Positions 48,138 to 56,206 of a stretch of DNA of 64,000 nucleotides are shown here, one piece after another. Within the stretch, counting starts at the first letter, position 1; every line of letters starts with the position of its first letter. The stretch comes from a virus. The translations under genes were made by a program, and so were the position numbers. The stretch covers positions 115,627 to 179,626 of the IMG/VR virus record IMGVR_UViG_3300027631_000002. One strand, given 5' to 3'. The notes below the pieces were generated by a model. It searched no databases and was not told the origin of the DNA. It saw nothing but the letters and a program-made list of their open reading frames with translations.

Positions 48138-49334
48138 TTATAATTTTTTAAATTCTTCAAATTTTTTATTATAATCAACTTCTTCTTTATTATTTCTTCT
48201 ACGTTTGAATTTAGGAATCCATTTTACATCCAATGCATCTTTACTGAAAAATAAAGGTAGTTTCAACTTTTTAAAAGCATCCGGTGTTAGTTGACATAAT
48301 TTATTTATATCTTTTACCTTACTTATTCTATGTAATAAACTAAATGGATCATTAGAGTTCTTTTGGTCAACAATACTTTCAAACAGTTTATTCCATAAAA
48401 ATACTGTATATCCTTCTTTTAACTTTTCTTCTGATTTCTTAAATCCAGCCTCATCATTATCAAAAAAATATTGTAAATCAAATCCACTATTTTCTAAAAA
48501 TCTAAAGTCTGTATTTACACCAACTAACCCAATTGAGTTAGGATAGAATAGTGAATCTAAATAACCTTCAAATACTGTAATCATTCTATCAAAATCAACA
48601 TTAAGTATATTAAAGTAATAAGATAACTTGTTATAAATAACCAACTCATTTATATCAATATGTTTAGGTTCTTCTTTTGCCAAATTTACCCATTCTAATA
48701 TATTCTCAAAGTTATAGATTTTAAACATTCTTTTTCTACCTTCTTTAAGATTACGAACTTGCATTCCTAATAACTTAGTATCTCTACGATTAAGCATTAT
48801 TATAATCCATTCCGATTCATCTTCATTTTTCCAATACTTTGCTTGGTAAATATTTTTATGTTTATCTGGTTCTATACCACGACCTATTAGGTACTTGTAT
48901 ATACCGCCATTGACTTGAATAGGTTTAAAGTCAGAAAATGGAGTAAGATTTAGTTCGATAGATTTTTCTAAGTCACTTAAATCAATTAAGTTATCAAATT
49001 TTGCATCAGTAAATTCACTTTGGTAATCATTATAAGTCATAATTGAATCTAAGTGTTCAATCATCTCTAATTTCTTATCTGGATCAATTTGTTCATTGAA
49101 ATGTTTACACATTCTATCGAATGTAGTTTTCTTATCACAATTGAAACAAATAAAAACTAAACGATTAAAGTAAAGATTACCACGTTTGGCATGATTGTTT
49201 CGATGACTATCTCCGCAAAATGGACATGCAAAGTTCAAACGGTCTGAGTAATCGTTTACTCTACGCTTTTGAACATTTGCAAACTCTTTATCGAGAATTT
49301 TTTGAAGAATATTTTTAATATAGACTTTATCCAT
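48138..49334 (-). CDS. gp61: DNA primase, gp61-like
   Basis: CPFCGDS..FICFNC zinc finger; TOPRIM motifs VFEGYLD, FDND and KDIN. Confidence 0.85.
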   Translation of the reverse strand: MDKVYIKNILQKILDKEFANVQKRRVNDYSDRLNFACPFCGDSHRNNHAKRGNLYFNRLVFICFNCDKKTTFDRMCKHFNEQIDPDKKLEMIEHLDSIMTYNDYQSEFTDAKFDNLIDLSDLEKSIELNLTPFSDFKPIQVNGGIYKYLIGRGIEPDKHKNIYQAKYWKNEDESEWIIIMLNRRDTKLLGMQVRNLKEGRKRMFKIYNFENILEWVNLAKEEPKHIDINELVIYNKLSYYFNILNVDFDRMITVFEGYLDSLFYPNSIGLVGVNTDFRFLENSGFDLQYFFDNDEAGFKKSEEKLKEGYTVFLWNKLFESIVDQKNSNDPFSLLHRISKVKDINKLCQLTPDAFKKLKLPLFFSKDALDVKWIPKFKRRRNNKEEVDYNKKFEEFKKL

Positions 49335-49400
49335 ACTGAATATATTGTAAAAGGCTTACTAAGTTTAAATAAAAAATCCTCTTAAAAAAGAGGATTTAAT

Positions 49401-50558
49401 TTATTCTTTACATTTACAATCACAACTATCATCACAGTCACACTCTTCTTTTGAGTTGTCACAACAAGGACACCATTCTTGGTTACCTAGTCGTCTCGAT
49501 TGAGCTTTTAGTCTATTACCATAAGGATCTTGACGAGTTTCATCACCATTTGCACTGAAACCATCAGTTTTACCAGCCATAATCATAAGATTAGTTTCTG
49601 GTTGCATAGAGATAGTAGAACTTTGTAGTCCAGTAATTTGAGTTTGACTCTCATTAAAATCACCAAATGATTTAACTCTTCTTGTAGGTATATTAGTCTT
49701 AACTACGTTTTCTGGTTTATTAGTATCTTTAATAATAAACTCTTTAATGAATGGCCATAATTCTTCATGATCTAAATCTTGGCTTGAAAGAGCATCTTTC
49801 ATATGTTTAACATTTCCTGGATCATCATCAGAGAAACCAACTTTTGCAACAAATCCAATTTTTTGTGCATATCCATTTACATCAGTAATAAATTCTCTTA
49901 AAGCATCCTCTTTAGCTACTTCTGGATTGGCAGGTGAGCCACCTCTTGAAGGAGCAGAAACACCAACAAAGTGACATAAATCCAAGTAGTTTTTAACTAA
50001 TTCACTTTGAGAGAAGTTTGTAATACTTTCATAACTTTCTTCTTCTCTTGATTTACCAAAAAGTTGAAGAAACATAAGTAAACTATCATGCATTTTCTCT
50101 TTATCTTGTTGATCTAAACTGTCAATAATATATTCAACACCTTTTCTCATACCTTCTGATTCGTGTCCTCTTGCAGTAATAATAGCAAATACAGAACCAT
50201 TAGTTAAACATTCAATAAAATCTTCCCAAGCTGGGGCAAATGCTTCCATCTGTAATGCCTTAGCAACATCTTTTTTAAATATTTCTGGATCTTCTGTGTC
50301 TCTAAAGTTTCTAAATGCTGTATTATAGTCTAAACCAACAATAGTTTTCCCATCATATTCAAAATCTTCTTTTCCTATTTTAGAACGATAAACTGCAAAG
50401 TCTGCGGTACTCATACCAACTTCTTCACCATCTTCGGTTTGTACCATGATCTCAGTTGGCATATCCAAAATATTATTATCCCAGTCTAGTGCATAAAAAA
50501 GTAAAGTTCCTTTACCGGTAAAACTTTCTTTGATGAAATTATTAAATTTTAATAACAT
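49401..50558 (-). CDS. Tagged HAD-superfamily hydrolase-like protein with a Cys-rich tail
   Basis: ALDWDNNI, IITARGH, GFSDDD. Confidence 0.6.
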   Translation of the reverse strand: MLLKFNNFIKESFTGKGTLLFYALDWDNNILDMPTEIMVQTEDGEEVGMSTADFAVYRSKIGKEDFEYDGKTIVGLDYNTAFRNFRDTEDPEIFKKDVAKALQMEAFAPAWEDFIECLTNGSVFAIITARGHESEGMRKGVEYIIDSLDQQDKEKMHDSLLMFLQLFGKSREEESYESITNFSQSELVKNYLDLCHFVGVSAPSRGGSPANPEVAKEDALREFITDVNGYAQKIGFVAKVGFSDDDPGNVKHMKDALSSQDLDHEELWPFIKEFIIKDTNKPENVVKTNIPTRRVKSFGDFNESQTQITGLQSSTISMQPETNLMIMAGKTDGFSANGDETRQDPYGNRLKAQSRRLGNQEWCPCCDNSKEECDCDDSCDCKCKE

Positions 50559-50630
50559 AGTATTATAATATTTTTTATTATATATTAAATTTCATTTATA
50601 AAAAAAAGAGGACTAAATCCTCTTTCTTAT

Positions 50631-50939
50631 TTATCTTTTATTGAAAAAAGATTGAAAAGATTCTAGTGCCTGACCTTCTTCTTCGTCTTCATCTTCTTCT
50701 GATTCTTGACCTTCTGATTCTTCGTCTCCGAAATCTTCTTCTTCGTCTTGACCATCAAAATCTTTAAATCCTTTAACGTCATCATCGTCTTCTTGACCTT
50801 CTTGACTTTGTCCTTCTTCAGGAGTTTCAAGAGTAAATTCTTCAACTGTTTCACCATCTAATTCAGCTTTAACAGTTACGACACCGTCAACTTCTTCGAT
50901 TTCGATTTCATATCCAAGTACTTCAACTTTAGTTTTCAT
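50631..50939 (-). CDS. Highly acidic hypothetical protein
   Basis: E/D-rich ORF after a minus-strand AATATAT motif. Confidence 0.65.
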   Translation of the reverse strand: MKTKVEVLGYEIEIEEVDGVVTVKAELDGETVEEFTLETPEEGQSQEGQEDDDDVKGFKDFDGQDEEEDFGDEESEGQESEEDEDEEEGQALESFQSFFNKR

Positions 50940-50986
50940 ATATGTTATTATTTTTTTATTATATATTAAATTATTAAACGTCTTTT

Positions 50987-51637
50987 TTACACTTTTACAT
51001 ACTTATAATCAAGATTCGGTAGTTTACTCTTAATAACTTTAGTAGCACCTTTTAAATACTTTATATTATCATCGTAAAATATAACCTTATTAAATCCAGT
51101 TTTCTCAACCAGTTCAACAATCTTTTCACCTTTCCAACCACCCGCATTATAGTGATTTTCATAAGGATACATATGAAGTCCATATTTAGGATATTCTAAT
51201 CCTAACTCTTTCATAATTTTTTCAATTTTATCTCTAATCTTTTCTGAACGAGCGGTTACTATACATTTATTCTCTACTGAATTATAAAAATCTACCAGTT
51301 CCAATGTTTCTGTTGGTAAACTTAAATCAGTTGTTCCAAATATATCTGGTGCGGTAAGATAAACTCTTTTGCCTTTTCTAACCCAGTTTCCTTTTACTTC
51401 AATATTCTCACTTGGATCTTCTACATAAATTCTACCATCTTGCCATTTTAAATCTGACTTATTTACACCAATACTTTTAGTTGATTTATCTACTATTTCT
51501 TTTATAGAAACATCTTCTGTTAAGTATTCAATAACAAATCCTTCAAATTCTGGCGTGTTTACAAGAGTATCATCAAAATCGAACACGTATAATGTGTCAT
51601 TTCTATCAAATGTCTCGAAAATCTTTAAATACTTCAT
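50987..51637 (-). CDS. Tagged HAD-family phosphatase-like protein
   Basis: MKYLKIFETF; VFDFDDTL, IVTARS, FYDDN. Confidence 0.7.
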   Translation of the reverse strand: MKYLKIFETFDRNDTLYVFDFDDTLVNTPEFEGFVIEYLTEDVSIKEIVDKSTKSIGVNKSDLKWQDGRIYVEDPSENIEVKGNWVRKGKRVYLTAPDIFGTTDLSLPTETLELVDFYNSVENKCIVTARSEKIRDKIEKIMKELGLEYPKYGLHMYPYENHYNAGGWKGEKIVELVEKTGFNKVIFYDDNIKYLKGATKVIKSKLPNLDYKYVKV

Positions 51638-51697
51638 ATCATTATATATTAAACTTTTACTCTATTTTATAATAAAAACAAAAAATAAAATTCTTAA

Positions 51698-52357
51698 ATG
51701 AAAAACGACTTACAAAAATTTCTACGAAGTCAATCTATTTCAAGCACCTTTCAAGACAATTACTTTAAACACTTACAACGAAAAAATAGTACTCCTATGT
51801 TATTAGAGAGTAACGGTATGTCAGTTGATGTTTTTTCAAAGTTACTGGATGATCGAATTATCTTTCTATCTACTGAAGTTGATGAATATGTCACGAACAT
51901 AATCAAAGCACAACTTCTTTATCTAGAATCTGAAAGTGATGAAGACATATCAATCTATATTGATAGCCCAGGTGGTTCGGTTTATACTGGATTAGGCTTA
52001 CTTGATGTAATGGACTTTGTTAAACCAGACATTGTTACAATCAATACGGGGCTCGCTGCATCGATGGCTGCCGTAATTCTATGTTCTGGTACAAAAGGTA
52101 AGAGAATGGCTCTTAAAAGAAGTAGAACGATGATACACCAACCATTATCCTATGCTGGATATCAACAAGCATCTGATTTAGAGATTGAAGTAAAAGAGAT
52201 AAACTCTTTGAAAAAAGAACTTTATGAAATAATTTCTGATAAATCTGGACAAGCTTTTGATAAAGTTGCTAAAGACGGTGATAGAGATTATTGGATGACC
52301 GCACCAGATGCAAAAAAGTATGGAATTATCGATGAGATAATATTAAAAAGAAAATAA
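51698..52357 (+). CDS. clpP: ATP-dependent Clp protease proteolytic subunit
   Basis: YIDSPGGSV, GLAASMAA (Ser), MIHQP (His), RDYWM (Asp). Confidence 0.95.
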   Translation: MKNDLQKFLRSQSISSTFQDNYFKHLQRKNSTPMLLESNGMSVDVFSKLLDDRIIFLSTEVDEYVTNIIKAQLLYLESESDEDISIYIDSPGGSVYTGLGLLDVMDFVKPDIVTINTGLAASMAAVILCSGTKGKRMALKRSRTMIHQPLSYAGYQQASDLEIEVKEINSLKKELYEIISDKSGQAFDKVAKDGDRDYWMTAPDAKKYGIIDEIILKRK

Positions 52358-52362
52358 TATGA

Positions 52363-52827
52363 ATGGAAGATATAACATTTCTATCGGATGATGAAAAAGT
52401 TCAAAAGTTAGTAGCTGACGTAAAACATAAGTTTAGTGTATTTAGTGTAAGTAATACTTTGTTTCCAAAAAATGAAATTAGTGATACTGATTTAAAAATT
52501 TTCTTTGAGAAAATTTCAGATAGAACAACTAAAATTTTAAATGCACCAAATGGTATTCTTACTAAAGTTGTAGGAAGTCAAGTTTTACAAAATACCTATA
52601 GTGTGGTGACATCACAGAACTCTACATTAGATGAACTAGCACAGAGTGTTATTGGTTATTTAAAAGATGTTGAAGTTATTGGATTTTATGACTTGACGTA
52701 TGATCCTAATACTAGTCGATACAATATAAGATTATATAAGTTTGAAGATGAATTGCGTTTAAAGGCAATTACACGAGAAAATAAAATAGATGATATATTA
52801 AAAGACAATAATATAGGATTCTTTTAA
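52363..52827 (+). CDS. Hypothetical protein
   Basis: Ends TRENKIDDIL. Confidence 0.65.
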   Translation: MEDITFLSDDEKVQKLVADVKHKFSVFSVSNTLFPKNEISDTDLKIFFEKISDRTTKILNAPNGILTKVVGSQVLQNTYSVVTSQNSTLDELAQSVIGYLKDVEVIGFYDLTYDPNTSRYNIRLYKFEDELRLKAITRENKIDDILKDNNIGFF

Positions 52828-52860
52828 ACAAAAAAACCACTCAATTGAGTGGTTTTTTAA

Positions 52861-53172
52861 TTATGCTTGATCTCCGTTTTCTGGTTTAGCTTTTGGCTTT
52901 CTTCTTCTACGTGGTTTAGCTTTTTTCTCAGCAACAACTTCTGTTGAAACCTCTTCTACTTTAACTTCTTCAGTTTTCTTAATAGCAGGTGTTCTTTTTG
53001 CTTTAATCTCTTTAGCAGTTACTTTAGTTTCCACAGCTTGTGCTGGTACTTCTTTTACTACTTCTTTTTTAATTTCCACAGCTTTTACTGCTGGTACTTT
53101 TACTTCTGGAGTTGGACAAGTTTCTGTCTCTTTTGCTCCAAAAATTCCTTTTAAGAATTTGAATAATCCCAT
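52861..53172 (-). CDS. Lys/Ala/Glu-rich low-complexity protein with an amphipathic N-terminus and basic tail
   Basis: Starts MGLFKFLKGIFG; contains KPRRRRKPK. Confidence 0.65.
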   Translation of the reverse strand: MGLFKFLKGIFGAKETETCPTPEVKVPAVKAVEIKKEVVKEVPAQAVETKVTAKEIKAKRTPAIKKTEEVKVEEVSTEVVAEKKAKPRRRRKPKAKPENGDQA

Positions 53173-53295
53173 AATATTTAATTTATTTTTTTATTATATA
53201 TTCAATTTACTCTTTCCCCTTTGTAAAAAACCCCAAAAAAACGACAAAAACTTCGTAAACTAAACAAACACAAGGTTTTTATATATAATAATGAG

Positions 53296-54396
53296 ATGAA
53301 ACTTAGATATGATAAAGATAAAGAAGAGTTAGTAGTCACAGAAGCAAGTAGAGTTGAATATCATCAGTTATCACTGTGGTTGACTCGTCATGTCAAAGGT
53401 TGGAAATATCAACCTGCGGTGAAAATGGGAGTTTGGGATGGTAAAAAATCATTCTTTAGAGATGGTAAAATAAATCTAGGTTTATGGAAAGAAGCTATGC
53501 GAGGATGTAAAGAAATTGATGCTCCTTTTATACTTGAAAATAAAGAGGATTTCCCAATCAATAGAGATGTTACTCTAGAAAAAGTTCAAGACTTCTGTAA
53601 AGACTTCTTTAAAACTCATAAAATGAAAAAAGATGGTGAAATAGTTCCTTTTATGCCATACGACCATCAAATTGAAGCTGCTTATAAAATACTAAAGAAT
53701 AGATTTTGTATGGCAGAGGTGGCAACTTCAGGTGGTAAATCTTTAATCATATCAATAGTTATGTTTTACACTTTAAAACACACTGACCCTAATGCAAAAT
53801 TCTTAATAATAGTTCCGTCAATCACTTTAGTTACACAGTTTTATGATAATATAGTTGAGTATAACTATGGTTTGAATAACCTTCTACAAATGAGAGAAAG
53901 TAAAATTGAAAAATTTGAAGATCTAAATAATGGACATATACCTTGTACGGTTAGAGTAGAAGAAGTAATGTCTGATAGACCAAGAAAGTTTTCTGGTACA
54001 GAAAATCCTAATGTTTATATTGGTACTTATCAATCTTTAGAAAAGTGGCCAAAAAAATTCTTTCAACAATTTCATACAGTTATTACAGATGAGTGTTTAC
54101 ATCCTGATAGTTTAATTAATATGTCTGATGGTTTTCTAAAAAAAATATCAGATATTAAAATAGGTGAATATGTTAAAACAATTAATGAAGTTACTAAAGA
54201 AATTGAAGATAAAAAAGTTGAATATATTTATGAAAATTTATCCATATTAAATGATATGTATGAAATTGAGATGGAAGATGGTAAAATATTAAAAATTACC
54301 GGAAATCATAAAGTTTATACAAAAGAATATATTTGGAAAAAAGTAGAAGATTTATCTGAAAATGATGAAATTATAGATTTTAACTTTAATATATAA
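53296..54396 (+). CDS. uvsW: UvsW-like SF2 helicase N-extein fused to the N-half of a split intein (IntN 54094..54393)
   Basis: ATSGGKS (Walker A), TYQSL, ITDE|CLHPDS (intein Cys1), TGNH (block B). Confidence 0.9.
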   Translation: MKLRYDKDKEELVVTEASRVEYHQLSLWLTRHVKGWKYQPAVKMGVWDGKKSFFRDGKINLGLWKEAMRGCKEIDAPFILENKEDFPINRDVTLEKVQDFCKDFFKTHKMKKDGEIVPFMPYDHQIEAAYKILKNRFCMAEVATSGGKSLIISIVMFYTLKHTDPNAKFLIIVPSITLVTQFYDNIVEYNYGLNNLLQMRESKIEKFEDLNNGHIPCTVRVEEVMSDRPRKFSGTENPNVYIGTYQSLEKWPKKFFQQFHTVITDECLHPDSLINMSDGFLKKISDIKIGEYVKTINEVTKEIEDKKVEYIYENLSILNDMYEIEMEDGKILKITGNHKVYTKEYIWKKVEDLSENDEIIDFNFNI

Positions 54397-54413
54397 TTAA
54401 AAAACAGAAACAC

Positions 54414-55253
54414 ATGGATCAAAGTCAAAAAGATAAAATATATGAACTTATCAACAAAAATAAATTTAGTATATTTAATAATAAGAAAAATAAAGAAGAA
54501 AGATTTTTATCCTTTTTTAAAGATAATAATATAATACTACCTATTGAAATTGATATTAATATTTATAATGTAATTTCCTATTTGAAAAATATTGACACTA
54601 AATGTAAAATAGATGAATGTAATAATAATAGAATTTTTATAGGTATTAGGAATGATAATAGAACAGAATATGGATTTAAAAAATTTTGCACCAAGGAATG
54701 TGAATATAAAGGAATTTCATTAAGACAAATTGGTAGTGGTAATACATGTCATAGGATGACTGAGGAGAGTTTTAAATCTATGTGTGAGAAAAATTCAATT
54801 ATTATGAAAGAAAAAATTAAAAATGGAGAATTTACACCAAATATAACAAATAGTTGGAATTATGGTACATCATATCTTATAATTAATAGTAAAAAGATTA
54901 AATATAGATCTTCTTGGGAAGCATTCTTTCATTTATGTAATAATGAACTGGAATATGAAAAGTTGAGAATTGAATATAAATATAACAATGAATCACATAA
55001 TTACATTGTTGATTTTATTGATATAAAAAATAAAAAGTTATATGAAATAAAACCAATATCACAATTAGATAAACCAGTTGTTAAAATTAAAGAAGAATAT
55101 TGTTTAAAATGGTGTGAAGAAAATGATTATGAGTTAGTATTTATAACGGAAGATTGGTATATTAAAAATTTAAACAAATTTAAAATACTTTTAGAAGATC
55201 AGCCTGATGGTATAAATATTTATAAAAAATTAAAAAAATTTGATGAGAATTAA
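54414..55253 (+). CDS. Free-standing TnsA/gp4-like PD-(D/E)xK endonuclease between the split-intein halves
   Basis: YRSSWE, YIVDF, LYEIKP; N-terminal CxxxxC..FCTKEC. Confidence 0.75.
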   Translation: MDQSQKDKIYELINKNKFSIFNNKKNKEERFLSFFKDNNIILPIEIDINIYNVISYLKNIDTKCKIDECNNNRIFIGIRNDNRTEYGFKKFCTKECEYKGISLRQIGSGNTCHRMTEESFKSMCEKNSIIMKEKIKNGEFTPNITNSWNYGTSYLIINSKKIKYRSSWEAFFHLCNNELEYEKLRIEYKYNNESHNYIVDFIDIKNKKLYEIKPISQLDKPVVKIKEEYCLKWCEENDYELVFITEDWYIKNLNKFKILLEDQPDGINIYKKLKKFDEN

Positions 55254-56163
55254 AAAAATTAAAAAAATAGAACATAATGATAATGTTTATAATTTAAGAA
55301 TAGAAGACAATCATAATTATTTTGTAGATGGATTATGTGTTAGTAATTGTCATCAAGCAAAAGCCAAGTCATACACTAATATACTTGAGTCAACATTCAC
55401 TCATGCATATTCTAGATTTGGTGTCTCCGGAACCACACCAACAGATGAAACTTGTGAAATATTGACCATTCAATCTGTCTTAGGACCTAAAATAACAGAG
55501 GTTTCTGCTGATGAATTAAAGAAGAAGGGTATTATTACTCCAATGGAAATAAAGGCTGTTATAATGAATCATAATGACCTAGAGTTTCATGAAAGATTAA
55601 AACTGATAAGAAAAAGTGGTGATGGTAAGGCGGCATTTGATTTAGAGAAAGCTTATGCACATCAATCTGAAAAAAGATTAGTTTTTATTAGAAAGATTGT
55701 TGAAAAGTGTACTAATAATACTTTATTATTATTTCATACAATTGATAATGGTCAAAGAATATTTCAGAAATTAAAAGATGAACTACCAGATAAAGAATTC
55801 TATTATATTGATGGTGAGATAAGTGGTAAGAAAAGAGAAGAGATTAAAAAATTGATGGAGGTAACTTCTGATAAAGTTAAAGTACTTGTAGCTTCTTTTG
55901 GAACACTTTCTACCGGTGTGAGTATAAATGCTATTTTCAATGTTATATTTACTGACTCATTCAAATCAGAGCAGATTATTATTCAAAGTATTGGTCGTGG
56001 ACTTCGTTTACATACTGATAAAGATAAGGTAAACATTTTTGATTTAGTTGATATATTCAATCCAAATGATATGTCTAATATACTTTATAGACATTTTAAA
56101 GAAAGAGAGGGATTTTATAATAAAAGAAAATACCCATACAAGATAATAAAAATCAATTTGTAA
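55243..56163 (+). CDS. uvsW: C-half of the split intein (to 55347) fused to the UvsW-like helicase C-extein
   Basis: MRIKKIKK..VYNLRIEDNHNYFVDGLCVSN|CHQAK; then GVSGT, STGVSI, QSIGRGLR. Confidence 0.9.
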   Translation: MRIKKIKKIEHNDNVYNLRIEDNHNYFVDGLCVSNCHQAKAKSYTNILESTFTHAYSRFGVSGTTPTDETCEILTIQSVLGPKITEVSADELKKKGIITPMEIKAVIMNHNDLEFHERLKLIRKSGDGKAAFDLEKAYAHQSEKRLVFIRKIVEKCTNNTLLLFHTIDNGQRIFQKLKDELPDKEFYYIDGEISGKKREEIKKLMEVTSDKVKVLVASFGTLSTGVSINAIFNVIFTDSFKSEQIIIQSIGRGLRLHTDKDKVNIFDLVDIFNPNDMSNILYRHFKEREGFYNKRKYPYKIIKINL

Positions 56164-56206
56164 CGACACTATCTTTATATATAATAGATAAAATTTATTA
56201 TATTTA

